Shown: positions 34,590 through 45,275 of the stretch, piece by piece
Layout of the letters: the number at the start of each line of letters is the position of its first letter
Position numbering within the stretch: position 1 is the first letter of the stretch
Assembly: GCA_963821525.1 (NCBI GenBank)
Contig: CAWGED010000008.1
Location: 32,001 to 96,000, forward strand
Direction of reading: 5' to 3'
Length of the DNA stretch: 64,000 nt
From: an uncultured Gemmatimonadales bacterium
Lineage (GTDB): Bacteria > Gemmatimonadota > Gemmatimonadetes > Gemmatimonadales > GWC2-71-9
Program-made: the position numbers and the translations under genes
Notes under the pieces: model-generated
Seen by the model: only the letters and a program-made list of their open reading frames with translations
The model's database searches: none
Told to the model about the DNA's origin: nothing

Positions 34590-36930
34590 TCACTCTACAA
34601 TAACCTCCACCTCATCGCTCGCGCGTCCAGCCTCCGCCCGGAACCGGTGGTGGCCCGACACTAGCTCCCAACGTTCCTTTGTCGCGAGCTTGCCGTCAAT
34701 GAACCAGGTCACCCGCGCAAGGGGAGGCGCTCCAGTAGCCCTGAGGGCAATGGTGGCGTACCGCGATTCAACGCCCGGCGGCAGCCGGTAGCGATCCCCG
34801 TTCTGGGGCGAGACGATCTGGAAGGGCGGCTCGACGGCTTGGCGGCTAGTCGGCTCGGCATGAGTGGCATGCTCACCGAAGTCAGCCCAAGAGCCGAGCC
34901 GTCGAGCGGCCGAGCCGCCGGGCCGACTTGCCGCCGAGCCGCCGAGCCGTTCACTCTCCGTTCCCTCCCAATCGGCATACTCCGCAGGCAAGACCAGCAG
35001 ACCATCCCGATGCCAGTCGCACCGCTCTTGAGGCACTACATCGGGCATGAACCACTCGACCATGCCGGGACAATCCTTGGTCGCCAGCATGCCGGAGACC
35101 TTACAGATGCGCACCGCAACCGCTCCGGCATCGGCGGGATGCGCCAATTCGCCTGGCGGGTAACGACGTGCCACCAGCAGGAGTGCGCGATGGAGCAGCG
35201 GTCCCGCACCAGTGACACCGCTCACTCCTTCCATCGGCCGGCCGCTGAAGTTTCCCGCCCAGACCGCGACCGTGAAGTTGGCGGTTGTGCCGACCGCCCA
35301 GTTGTCCGTGAAATGCCGGCTGGTCCCACTCTTCGCGGCGACGCGGAACGGCAAATCGAAAGGTGTGTTGAGTCCGAAGGCCGGTACCCGTGCGACCGGG
35401 TCGCTCAGGATATCGAGCACCAGAGCAGGCCGCCCCCGCGGAAACGAAGCGCCGCTCGGGGCCGCCAAGGTTCGCCGAAGATGTGGGGACGGCACGCCAG
35501 GTATAGGGTCGCCAGACACCACCGTTAGCCAATCCCCGATAGCCATTGGCCAGTTCGAGCAATGTGACATCTCCATTCCCCAACGCGAGTCCCAGTCCGT
35601 AGAAGTCCGCGCTGCGCGACAAGGAACCGAAGCCCGCCTCCTGCAATCCATGCAGCAAGGTTCCGAATCCGATCCGATCCGCAACCTCCACCGCCGGGAC
35701 ATTGTAGGAGCTGCCGAGTGCCTCGCGCACCCGCACCGGGCCGTGATAGATGCGATCGTAGTTCCGGGGATGATATGGCCCGCCCGAGGTCTGATAGGTG
35801 CGGGATATGTCGGCAAGAACAGAAGCCGGGGTGAGTCCGCGATCGAATCCCAGCGCATAGAGAAACGGCTTGAGCGCGGATCCGGGCTGGCGGACATTGA
35901 CCACCATATCTACCTGGCCCGCGGTATCGGCCCAGAAATCAGGAGACCCGACCCAGGCGAGGATCTCTCCGGTCCGGTTGTCCACCACCACCGTGGCCGC
36001 GTGCTTCACGCCGCGGTCTGCGAGCTGCTGCACCGTGTGACGGACTTCGGCTTCCAACTCCGCCTGCAGATCGAGATCGAGTGAAGTCCGCCACTTCCCG
36101 CTGAAGGCGACGCCATCACGCTCGGCCCATTGCAGAACCCGACTCGTAAAGTGCGGCGCCAGGAACCGGTTGGCCGGATCTTCACCGAGCAGGGGCTCGG
36201 CTTCGGCACGAGACGTCTCTTCGACAGTCGCGTAACCTGTAGCCGCAAGCTGCTGCAGGCCGAGTGCGCGGCGCTCGGCTGCTTTCGATGGGGATACCAG
36301 CGGATTCTGTCCCGATGGTGCTCTGGCGAGTGCTGCCAGCAGCGCCGCCTGGCCCAGGCTCACCTGAGAGGCGGAGGCGCCGAAGTAGAGCGCGCTCGCC
36401 GCACTCACTCCGATCGTGCCTTCGCCCAGAGGAACCCGATTCAGATACTGCTCGAGGATCTGTTGCTTGGAGAGGTGGTGCTCGAGCCGCAGCGCCCAGA
36501 TCGCCTGACGAAGCTTCCCGCCCCAGCCGCGATCGATCGGGAGAAGGAGCCGCGCCAGCTGCATCGTGATGGTCGAGGCGCCCGACACCACCCGGCGACG
36601 CCGGAGGTTGTCGCGAAACGCTCGGCCAATCGACCGGGGATCAACCCCCTGGTGTTGATAGAACCGGCGATCCTCGATCGCGATGAACGCACGGAGCAGA
36701 TCGGGATCCATCTGATCCAGCGGCATCCATTGGGTCAGGCTGCCGTCGCCGGCGCGAGTCGAGCGCAGCACTAAATCGTGCCGGTCGGTGATGGTAAGAC
36801 TCTGATGACCGGTGGCGGTCAACAATTGATCGGCCAGCGGCAGTGCGACCCAGAACCCGAGTCCCCCAATCAGGAGCAGCGTCAGTGCCGCGGTCGCAAT
36901 GCACGCGCGACGCACCGCTCTACCGCTCAC
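34590..36930 (-). CDS. pbpC: Penicillin-binding protein 1C (one frameshift near 35435)
   Basis: Transglycosylase EDRRFYQH.GVD, GASTITMQLAR; transpeptidase PGSALKPF, SYN, KSGT; C-terminal IVSPQNG..WFIDG..GHH; directly behind alpha-2-macroglobulin. Confidence 0.95.
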
Positions 36931-39900
36931 TTTCTTTCCACAGTGAACACTCCACCGTCGCTGCGACCGTACACCGCCGGGTTATACATCTCTTCGGCAT
37001 GAGCCGGAGGACGGACGAAGACGCCAGGTGTCGTTGCTCTCGCAACGTAGCTCGCGGTGTAGGTCCCTTTCCACAGCACGGTCGCGAAGTAGACCACCCG
37101 CTCGTCCCGCATTTCCCGGTGGTCGAACGGCGACCACCACCCGCTGTCCCAACTCCCGTAGTACCAGTAGTAGTCACCCTCTCCCTCCGGCGTACCCTCA
37201 CTCCCTTCGTCGTACTCCGTCCCCTCCTGGTCTACCGCGTTGGCTCCCACATAGTCGACCTGTTGTCCGACCCCTGGCCCAGGTATTCCTCCGGCAGTGC
37301 GCAGGCTGAGATCCACCGCCTCGAGTCCCGCTGGCAAGGCATCGTCCAGTACCACGAATTGGCGGTCGCTCGGCACCTTGAGCCGCAGACGCACCCGTAC
37401 CAGGTCGCCTTCCTTGACACTCGTCACCGGCTTGCCGCCATCCAGAGTCTCATACCAGCGCTCGACCTGAATTCCCTCATCCTCCGGATTGACCGGCCGC
37501 TCGCGGGGAACCTCGTGAACGGTGAGGTAGTAGTACAGCGGCGCGCCTTTGCCGGTCGCGGCCAGTGAGAGCGGAACTCTCAGCTTGCCGTCGGAGGTGG
37601 AACGGTCGAGATCGGAGAGTGAAACGCTGGAGTCCCTCACCAGTGCGCCACCGGCCTTGTATCCGAGCACGGTGCGGTTCGCGCTGGTGACCCTGATCTC
37701 CCGCGAAGCTCCGGCGCGGACGTGGCGATCGAAGGCCACGAGCCCGCTGACGACCGCGGCATAGTCCTGAGTGTTCCAGTCATCGAGCAGACCGGCCTTC
37801 CCCTGTTGGACCAGCGTTTCCACCAGAGGACCGATGAGAGCATTGCTTGAATCCACAGCCAGTGTTGCGGTGAGCAGGCGCGCGGTAGGACGGACTCGAC
37901 TGTAGAAGTAGTGGAAGCGCGGCAGGGCCTCATCCGGCATTACCGCGCGGCGTCCTTCAATCCGAACCGTGCGCCAGGTCGGTTCCAGAAGACTGCGCGC
38001 CGCTTTTACCGCCTTGCGGCGAGCCAGAACCTCGGCGAGCCGAGCGCGATCTTCCCATCCGAGCTGCGGTGCATTCCGGAGCAGCTCGTTTTCCGACGCT
38101 ACGTCCGGTTTGCCGAGCCGGCTCAGGTAATCCACCGCCGCGACCTGGTCACTGAGTCTGGCCTGGACCGCCTGGTACCAACCGACCACCGGTGCGCGAA
38201 TCGGCTGGGGATTCTTGAGGTTGTTTCGCAGATACTCGCCAAGCCGTGCGAGCACCGAATCGTCCACTTCCACTCCGGCAGCTCTGGCGTCAAGCAGCGT
38301 GAGACCGGCATAAGCGCTGAGCCAGGGCGTGGTCCAGTTGGTGGCGTTCCAGAAGCCGATTCCACCGTCGGAACGCTGACGCCGCGACAGAATCGCAACC
38401 GCGGTCTCGATCTCCCCCTTCGGATTTCCCTTCAGCAGCTTGAGGCCCGCCTGCTTCTCGGCGCGATAGAGCGCGATGATCGGCTGGGCCGAGCTGGATA
38501 CCTGCTCGCTGCATCCATAGGGATAGACCCGGAGCGCCCACTCGATGCCCTTGATCACTGCGAGTGGGGAGGAGCCCAGGTTCAGTTCCAGGCGAGAGCG
38601 TGCAGGATCGATCTCATCGGGGAGCAGGAACTCGACCTCGGCACTGTCTACCAGCACACCGGTTACGGTCCAGGCACGCGGTCTGAACGAAGGCTTGACC
38701 GGCAGGCGTTGCTGGACCGCATCCGCATCACCGGCCCCGGTGACTTGGAATCGGAAAGTCGAGCTGTCGGCGCCGAGTGGATCAGTGCCGGGCTGGCGGA
38801 AGTCGAAGCGAACTTCGCGTCCGCGACCCGCTTCCAATTTCGCCTGCTGGGAGGCCTTGGATCCGAGCGTGCTTCCTTCTGCCTCCGCCTGAACCGTAAC
38901 TAACGGAGTGCCGCCGGCTCGCTGGTTGACGACGACCCCTGCGGAGAATTGGTCGCCCTCTCGGAGGAAGCGAGGCAAGGCTGGGCGTGCCAGCAGGGGG
39001 CGGGTGACCAGCAGCGGCGATTCGCCGTGACCATAGCGGTCGCCGGCGGTTACCGCGACGGCCATGACACGGAAAGTCGTGAGATTGTCAGGGAGCTTGG
39101 CCTTCGCAACGGCATTTCCGCTGCTGTCGGTCACGACGCTCCCAAGGAAGAATGCCGTGCTCTTGAATCGGGAGCGGAGGATGTCACTCTCGCCCAGACC
39201 GCCGCCGCCACCGGGCGAGCGGCCACCCTTCTCACCCTCGGGGACCTGGGGAGCGACGGTGGTGATGTTGCTCGCGAGCCGAAGCCCGAGTCCCCGCGGT
39301 GAATAGAGAAGATCAATTGGGTCGGGCGTCTGGTACCGCGTCAGGGCCAGCACGCCCTGGTCCACGGCCCACAGCGTCACCTCGGCGCGCTGCCCCCCAG
39401 CCTCCTGGTCCGCGACCTTGAGCCGGACCCGCGCCGTGTCTCCGGGGCGATACTCAGCATGCTCCGGACTCACTTCGAGTCGAAGCCGCTTCACCTCCGG
39501 CGTGACCCGCAGCTCGGCATAGCCGACCCGAATCGTCGGACGGCCCGGATCATCGAGCGGCCCCGGGGGCGCGCTCCGCCCGCGGGCGACCAGCACCGAA
39601 ACGAAGGCGTTGGGAGGATACTTCTCGGTGATCGGGAACTTGAGAGTGGTGGAACCCGCGGTGAGCTTGAGGCGGCGCTGCTCGATGAGCCCTTCCCGCT
39701 CCACGGTCACCCACGCCTCGGCGTCGGTGAACGGGGAGGCAAAGAGCACAGTCGCCGTGTCTCCTACGCTGTAGCGGCTGCGATCGGGAACCAGATCCAT
39801 CTTGAACTGGCTCTCGTCGTTCCACGGTACCCAGTCCTTCCCAGTGGCCCAGCGATAGAAATTGGTGGAGACCGCGCGCCCGCGACTGTCGGTCGCCGTC

Positions 39901-42692
39901 AGGTTCACGATGTAGGTCCCGCCCGCTGAAGGCGTGAAGTCGCAGTTGACCGATTCGGTCGCTGTTGTCACTGCGCAGCGTCCCACCGTGTCTGACACCC
40001 ACTCGCCGTAGACCTCGCTGTATCCACCTCGCTCGCGATGCACTCGATGCCATTCACGCCGGGTGAGCACCGCATCCACTTTCACGCGTGGCACGGGGCG
40101 GCCGTCCGGTCGCACGGCTCGCACGGCGACCTGTTCCCTGGTGCCCGCGCTCCAGAAATAAGCATCGCCCAGCGGTTTCGCAGCGAGGTAGAAGTCGGCG
40201 GGGTGAACGATCACGCTGGTTACAGCCGAGCTGGTTTGCCGATTGACATCGGTGACGGTGGCTTCGAGGGCCGCGCGCGCGGCTCGACCCTTGGGAGGAG
40301 TCTCGAGCGGAATCCGTACTACTGCGCGGCCGGAGGGATCCAGAGTGTCGGTCCCCTGTGCCGTGACTTGAACCGTGCTGCGGGGTTCATAGTCCTCGTA
40401 CCACCAACCGTTGTCGCCGACGAAGTAGCCTTCGGTTCCGGGAATGTTCAGTTCCCACGATTCGAGCGAGGTCTGACGCGCGATCCAGGAGAGTGCGGCG
40501 CGACCCATCGGCGCCCCGAACAGGTATCGGGCTTCGATCTTCGCCGTGAGCGTGTCGCCGGGGAGACGGGGCGCACTGTCGGCGTTCACATCCACCAGGA
40601 ATTCGGGAGGTCGATACTCCGCGACCCGATACGCCGTGCGAGCCAGGTCCGACCACTGCCCCCCTCGGCGAATCTGGACTCGAACCTCGTACGAGCCGAG
40701 GGCCAGGCCGGCGGGGAGCGTCAGAGTCTGATCGCTGGTCCCGAAGGGAGAAAGCGAGACGGTTTTTTCCTTGAGGCTACCACCTTCGCGATCGGCAAAG
40801 ATCCACTTGAGGCTGTCGCCTCGCGCTGGTACGGCTAGTTGGCCCAGCGGCCCGGTGCGAACGATTGCCTTGGCGTAGAGCGGCTCACCGGGCCGGTAGA
40901 TCCCTCGCTCGGTGAAGACGGCTGCAGCCGCGGGGAGACGGTCCTGCCCCCAGGCGCTCCCGACATTGAATCGCCAGGGACTCAGGTCCGGATCATACTG
41001 GCTGATGCTGGTGATCGCGCGATCGGTGCCGAGGGTCGCGACCACGTAGCCCTCGAAGCTGGTGTATCCCTCGGTCGTGCTGTCGGGCTTGAACGCCGGG
41101 AAGGTGGCAACGCCGTCGGGGCCGGATCGCACGGTCGCCTTACGCACCCCCTTTGCGTCATACAAGGCGACGGTTGCCCCGGCCTTCGGCTTCCCGTCCG
41201 CGATTCCCGTCACCCACGCGACCCCACCGGTGAGCCCGATGCGGGCGTGAAGGCCAAGGTCAGTCACCTGCACGATCGCAATCGGCATGTTGGCGCGATA
41301 GGTGCTGTCGAGTCGCTGGCTGGTCACCCGCAAGACCTGTAGCGTTGTCGCGCCGGCGCGCCCCGCGCTCGCGGGCTGCAGCTTCACGCCAAAGATCCTG
41401 ACCTTATCCCTCTCCCCCGTCACGGGCACCTTGCGCTTCACCGCACGCGCCATGACTCGCGCCATGGTACTGTCGTCCCGATCCCAGCGGTTGTACTGGA
41501 GAACCTTCGATTCGAGCGTAATTGGAACGGCGGCGGTCTCGACGACGAGCGTGTCCACATTCACGTACTTGACTGCCAGGGTGCGAAAACCATTTCGCTC
41601 CACTGTAAGGCGACCGTACTCATACTCGACAAGCGGAGCGAAGCCCGTCGTCTGCAACCCCGAGGCCGGGTTGCCAGTGAGTCGCTGGCCGAATATGTCA
41701 CGCATCGCCGTGTCCGCGACAACGGCGTATCCGGTGTTCGGCGTGAGGGTGGTCTCCAGGTACCAGGTGGGAGACTCGTCCGTGGTGTCGGGAATTGTGA
41801 ACGGCACCGCGGGCAGGAGTTGAATGCGACGCTGAACTTCGCTGCCCCTGACCGGGGTGGTGAAGTTCACCCGGACGCCGCCGGTGGGGCAGAACGGGCC
41901 GCCGCTGCACAGCGCCGAATCCATTCTGAAGGGGCCGTAGGTGTAGAATCGCCAACGGAGAAACGGCTTGGTCGCCTCGGGATCCACTACCGACGGCACC
42001 ACCAACTCGCCGGCGCAGTTATAAGGCAGCGCGCTTTCGGGCGTGAAGGTCACCACCCGTCGCAGAGGATCCGTCGCGCGGTTCCGGTCCCATGCTCCGG
42101 CCTCTCGATACTGCCAGGGATCCTTGTCGTTGATTGTCCGCTGCCCGGTGATCTTGAGCCGGACGACTCCTGCCGTCTGACAAGCCTTGTCGAACTCCAG
42201 GTAGGCGAGGTCTCGCGGGTTCGATACCTCGAGCTCGGAGCTGAAGACGACGTCGAACGTAGCTTGGGGGCCGAGGAACCGCGGGTGCTCCTCCGCGCTC
42301 ACCGGCAGCCCGCCGATCGCGGCAGGCCCGCTCACCTCGAAACTGAACTGGAACGGCTGGGCCAACCGGCTTCCATCCATCGCCTCGAAGCGATCGGCAA
42401 CTGTCACCTTGTAGCTGCTGCCCGGCTTGAGAGGCTTGGCCGGTACGAGGCGGAGTGTGACAGGATCCCGCCACTCCAACTTCCCTTCAATGGTCGGTTC
42501 AGTCCGGAAGATCGAAGCGGCATCCACCGTGCGGTCGAGCGATCCAGCCACCGGACGATCGAACGTCACCGTGATTTGCGCGGTTGGCGTCGCCTCTCCC
42601 ATCGGCGAGTAGCGCAGGACCTGGAGGTTCGAGGGTGGAGCAACAGCCACCGCGGCCAGGACCACCACGGAGAGCAGTCGGGGTGACAGCAT
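36927..42692 (-). CDS. Bacterial alpha-2-macroglobulin, 1921 aa
   Basis: FTERGIYRPGE, AEYRPPEF, AVDQGVL, LPDNLTTFRVMA, thioester YPYGCSEQ, DALPAGLE, AEEMYNP. Confidence 0.96.
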   Translation of the reverse strand: MLSPRLLSVVVLAAVAVAPPSNLQVLRYSPMGEATPTAQITVTFDRPVAGSLDRTVDAASIFRTEPTIEGKLEWRDPVTLRLVPAKPLKPGSSYKVTVADRFEAMDGSRLAQPFQFSFEVSGPAAIGGLPVSAEEHPRFLGPQATFDVVFSSELEVSNPRDLAYLEFDKACQTAGVVRLKITGQRTINDKDPWQYREAGAWDRNRATDPLRRVVTFTPESALPYNCAGELVVPSVVDPEATKPFLRWRFYTYGPFRMDSALCSGGPFCPTGGVRVNFTTPVRGSEVQRRIQLLPAVPFTIPDTTDESPTWYLETTLTPNTGYAVVADTAMRDIFGQRLTGNPASGLQTTGFAPLVEYEYGRLTVERNGFRTLAVKYVNVDTLVVETAAVPITLESKVLQYNRWDRDDSTMARVMARAVKRKVPVTGERDKVRIFGVKLQPASAGRAGATTLQVLRVTSQRLDSTYRANMPIAIVQVTDLGLHARIGLTGGVAWVTGIADGKPKAGATVALYDAKGVRKATVRSGPDGVATFPAFKPDSTTEGYTSFEGYVVATLGTDRAITSISQYDPDLSPWRFNVGSAWGQDRLPAAAAVFTERGIYRPGEPLYAKAIVRTGPLGQLAVPARGDSLKWIFADREGGSLKEKTVSLSPFGTSDQTLTLPAGLALGSYEVRVQIRRGGQWSDLARTAYRVAEYRPPEFLVDVNADSAPRLPGDTLTAKIEARYLFGAPMGRAALSWIARQTSLESWELNIPGTEGYFVGDNGWWYEDYEPRSTVQVTAQGTDTLDPSGRAVVRIPLETPPKGRAARAALEATVTDVNRQTSSAVTSVIVHPADFYLAAKPLGDAYFWSAGTREQVAVRAVRPDGRPVPRVKVDAVLTRREWHRVHRERGGYSEVYGEWVSDTVGRCAVTTATESVNCDFTPSAGGTYIVNLTATDSRGRAVSTNFYRWATGKDWVPWNDESQFKMDLVPDRSRYSVGDTATVLFASPFTDAEAWVTVEREGLIEQRRLKLTAGSTTLKFPITEKYPPNAFVSVLVARGRSAPPGPLDDPGRPTIRVGYAELRVTPEVKRLRLEVSPEHAEYRPGDTARVRLKVADQEAGGQRAEVTLWAVDQGVLALTRYQTPDPIDLLYSPRGLGLRLASNITTVAPQVPEGEKGGRSPGGGGGLGESDILRSRFKSTAFFLGSVVTDSSGNAVAKAKLPDNLTTFRVMAVAVTAGDRYGHGESPLLVTRPLLARPALPRFLREGDQFSAGVVVNQRAGGTPLVTVQAEAEGSTLGSKASQQAKLEAGRGREVRFDFRQPGTDPLGADSSTFRFQVTGAGDADAVQQRLPVKPSFRPRAWTVTGVLVDSAEVEFLLPDEIDPARSRLELNLGSSPLAVIKGIEWALRVYPYGCSEQVSSSAQPIIALYRAEKQAGLKLLKGNPKGEIETAVAILSRRQRSDGGIGFWNATNWTTPWLSAYAGLTLLDARAAGVEVDDSVLARLGEYLRNNLKNPQPIRAPVVGWYQAVQARLSDQVAAVDYLSRLGKPDVASENELLRNAPQLGWEDRARLAEVLARRKAVKAARSLLEPTWRTVRIEGRRAVMPDEALPRFHYFYSRVRPTARLLTATLAVDSSNALIGPLVETLVQQGKAGLLDDWNTQDYAAVVSGLVAFDRHVRAGASREIRVTSANRTVLGYKAGGALVRDSSVSLSDLDRSTSDGKLRVPLSLAATGKGAPLYYYLTVHEVPRERPVNPEDEGIQVERWYETLDGGKPVTSVKEGDLVRVRLRLKVPSDRQFVVLDDALPAGLEAVDLSLRTAGGIPGPGVGQQVDYVGANAVDQEGTEYDEGSEGTPEGEGDYYWYYGSWDSGWWSPFDHREMRDERVVYFATVLWKGTYTASYVARATTPGVFVRPPAHAEEMYNPAVYGRSDGGVFTVERK

Positions 42693-42786
42693 GGGGGAGA
42701 GCCTTTTCCGGCGAGGATGTTCGCCGGAAGATTGCTCTCCCTTCTCGAAGGGTCAATGAGGGTTCTGCGCAGTGTAGGAGGGGCGC

Positions 42787-43350
42787 CTACCAGATCTCCA
42801 CGACCCACCCGTAGTCCTCAACCTGCTGCTTTTCCGGGCGCTGGCCGCCGGCAGGGAGCACAAGCTCGATGCTATGAGTGGCTGTCACGTAGAGCTTCCG
42901 CAACGCCTCCCCAAAATCCTGAGGGCAATCCCCGCTCAATGAGGCCACTGTGGTCGAGTCGGGGGACCACCGTAGCTCCACCAGGTTTCCGTCCCTCCTG
43001 TCAGACGGGCCCAGCACGGTTCCTTCAGCCATCACCGTACCGGATCCGGTAAGTGTGGCCGAGCAGGCGTCGGCAACCGAGCCGTGCGCGCCACAAAACC
43101 GAATGATGGTCTGGCGGTTAAGCTCGCCACGGTAGCGTCCGGAGCTCACCCAGTGCAGGCTGCCGCTCAGGGCCTCCTCCCCGCCGTTGACACACTCAGG
43201 TGAAAGGCGCAGTTCGGGCCAGGCACTCGTCAGCCGCAGATGATAGAGCGTCTCGACCGGCGCATCGGCCCGGGCGAGAAGTGCTCCCTGAGCTGGTAGG
43301 GGAGAAGTGACGATAGCGGAAGCGAGCAGGAACAGCAGACGGACACGCAT
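42787..43350 (-). CDS. Hypothetical secreted protein with four Cys
   Basis: GGAG RBS; signal peptide MRVRLLFLLASAIVTSPLPAQ; intact ORF. Confidence 0.75.
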   Translation of the reverse strand: MRVRLLFLLASAIVTSPLPAQGALLARADAPVETLYHLRLTSAWPELRLSPECVNGGEEALSGSLHWVSSGRYRGELNRQTIIRFCGAHGSVADACSATLTGSGTVMAEGTVLGPSDRRDGNLVELRWSPDSTTVASLSGDCPQDFGEALRKLYVTATHSIELVLPAGGQRPEKQQVEDYGWVVEIW

Positions 43351-43380
43351 ACGATCTCCAGTGATGACGCCAACTGGTAA

Positions 43381-43396
43381 GTCAGATCCCGTGCCC
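43381..43396 (-). promoter_or_regulatory. Putative sigma54 -24/-12 promoter
   Basis: GGGCACGGGATCTGAC versus TGGCACGNNNNTTGC; GG-N10-GA instead of GG-N10-GC; about 30 nt before the ATG at 43350. Confidence 0.5.
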
Positions 43397-43498
43397 GGGG
43401 CGACAGGTCCCATTCGCCGCAGCATTCAAGTAGAGATGGATCAGGGGTTTGAGAGGCCAGACCGAAGATCTGGCCATTGCCGCCAGACATCAGGGAAG

Positions 43499-43545
43499 CC
43501 GACAATTATGTCGGGTCTACGCCGGTGAGGCGACAATTTCGTCAG
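43499..43545. promoter_or_regulatory. Tandem palindromic enhancer-like sites
   Basis: CCGACAATTATGTCGG (43499-43514) and GCGACAATTTCGTCAG (43530-43545), 31 bp apart. Confidence 0.6.
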
Positions 43546-45098
43546 GTGGGGGGAACCGAGGCGATGCCCAGCCGGCGCATCTTGTAGCGGAGAATCCGGT
43601 CGGTGGTCTGGAGCAGCCTGGCCGCCTGGGCCTGATTCCCCCGGGCGGTCTTTAGTGCGTCCTGAATAAGATCGCGCTCCAGCGCCGCCACCGCACCCGC
43701 CAGCGTGCCGTCCGCCGCGGTGCCGGAAGCCTCGGCAGTCTGAAGGGTCGGCGGAAGGTGTCGCCCGTGAATGGCCTGCGCGTCGCACACCACCACGGCC
43801 CGCTCGATGATGTTCTCCAGCTCCCGAACATTGCCGGGCCAATGGTAGCCCATGAGCATGTCGATGGCCGCGGTGGTGATCCGCCGGACCGACTTATGGT
43901 GCAGACGGGCGAACTTGGTCACGAAGTGGTCCGCCAGCAGCAGGATGTCCGGTTTCCGTTCCCGCAGCGGCGGTATGAAGATCGGAAAGACGTTCAGCCG
44001 GTAATAGAGGTCCTCCCGAAACACCCGATCGGCAATCGCCTTCTCCAGATCACGATTGGTCGCGGTGACTACCCGCACGTCCACCGCCAACGTGGTCGTG
44101 CCGCCGAGTCGCTCGAACTCCCGCTCCTGCAGGACCCGGAGCAGCTTGACCTGAGTCGACGGTGGCAGCTCTCCGATCTCGTCCAGGAACAGGGTTCCTC
44201 CATGGGCCAGCTCAAAGCGACCCTTTCTTCGGCTCAACGCGCCGGTAAACGCCCCCCGTTCGTGCCCGAAAAGCTCCGATTCAATCAGCGTCTCTGGTAG
44301 CGCGGCGCAGTTGACCTTGATGAAGGGCCCACTCGCCCGTGAGGAGTTGTAGTGAATCGCGTGGGCGATCAGCTCCTTACCAGTGCCCGATTCACCTCGC
44401 AGGAGTACCGTTGTGGTCGCCGGGGCAACCAGGGTGATCTGCGCGCACACGTCACGCATCTCGGCACTGGTCCCGATCAGTCCCGAGAAATCGTAGCGTT
44501 CCTTCAGCTCCTGACGGAGGTGGAGATTCTCCTCACGAAGCGCGACCCGCTCCTGGTCGGCCGGTCTCGTCGTTTTGAGCGCCAGGGCGATGAGCGAGCT
44601 CACTACGTGGAGATACTTGAGCACCCGGTCCAGGTCCCGCCCCGACGCGGAGGGAACGTCCACCGAAAGCGCGCCCACTGGCCGGTGATCGAGCAGAATG
44701 GGGACGCAGATGAACGCGGTGGCCGGATCGTTCTGCCGTCGCGCCGCCCGGTGCAGGAACCGCGGCTCCCGGTTCACGTCGGGCACCACGATCGCCTTCC
44801 CGCTGGCGGCGACCCGCCCCGTGATTCCCTCTCCCAACCGATAGCGGGTCTGCTGACCGGTCGCGTCGAGGCCGAAGGAGGCTTCGATGTACAACTCGTC
44901 GGAGCCTTCGTCGACCAGGGTGACCGAACTGCGGGGAACCCCATGGTAGTGCGCCAGAATCCGCAGCCCGGCGGACAATGCTTCACCCAGGCTGCGGGAG
45001 CCCGACAAGGCCTGGCTGACGTCGAACAACGTCGCCAGCTCCAGCCCTTCGCTTGGAGGTGAACTTTGCCTTTCCGGAATTGTCGGCGACAGAACCAT
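43542..45098 (-). CDS. NifA-like sigma54-dependent activator (GAF-AAA+-Fis HTH)
   Basis: [80 protein letters not shown]. Confidence 0.95.
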   Translation of the reverse strand: MVLSPTIPERQSSPPSEGLELATLFDVSQALSGSRSLGEALSAGLRILAHYHGVPRSSVTLVDEGSDELYIEASFGLDATGQQTRYRLGEGITGRVAASGKAIVVPDVNREPRFLHRAARRQNDPATAFICVPILLDHRPVGALSVDVPSASGRDLDRVLKYLHVVSSLIALALKTTRPADQERVALREENLHLRQELKERYDFSGLIGTSAEMRDVCAQITLVAPATTTVLLRGESGTGKELIAHAIHYNSSRASGPFIKVNCAALPETLIESELFGHERGAFTGALSRRKGRFELAHGGTLFLDEIGELPPSTQVKLLRVLQEREFERLGGTTTLAVDVRVVTATNRDLEKAIADRVFREDLYYRLNVFPIFIPPLRERKPDILLLADHFVTKFARLHHKSVRRITTAAIDMLMGYHWPGNVRELENIIERAVVVCDAQAIHGRHLPPTLQTAEASGTAADGTLAGAVAALERDLIQDALKTARGNQAQAARLLQTTDRILRYKMRRLGIASVPPT

Positions 45099-45114
45099 TT
45101 GTAATGCTCCCCAG

Positions 45115-45149
45115 CAAAAGAAACGGCCCGCTCATTGGGAGCGGGCCGT
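45115..45149 (-). terminator. Intrinsic terminator (attenuator 3:4 stem)
   Basis: ACGGCCCGCTC-CCAAT-GAGCGGGCCGT then TTCTTTT on the minus strand, 17 nt before the activator ATG. Confidence 0.85.
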
Positions 45150-45171
45150 CGGATTTCGGATCACGACAGAC

Positions 45172-45240
45172 TCACCCGCCCGTGTTAATCACGTGCGCGT
45201 TGTGATTGGAATTGGTCCGGCAGGTGAGTGAAATCGTCAT
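45172..45240 (-). CDS. Putative attenuator leader peptide MTISLTCRTNSNHNAHVINTGG (22 aa)
   Basis: ATG 45240 to TGA 45172, read by hand (below the ORF-track cutoff); overlaps alternative RNA stems and precedes a terminator. Confidence 0.65.
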   Translation of the reverse strand: MTISLTCRTNSNHNAHVINTGG

Positions 45241-45247
45241 GCAACGC

Positions 45248-45275
45248 AAGGTAACCGGCTCCTCAAGGACGTCAA
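45248..45275 (-). promoter_or_regulatory. Sigma70-type promoter of the leader peptide (leaderless)
   Basis: TTGACG-N16-TACCTT-N7-ATG. Confidence 0.6.

Noticed and set aside
43542..45098. Nitrogen-fixation regulator nifA
   Set aside because: GAF-AAA-HTH architecture is widespread; no nif genes here and the candidate sites are not TGT-N10-ACA.
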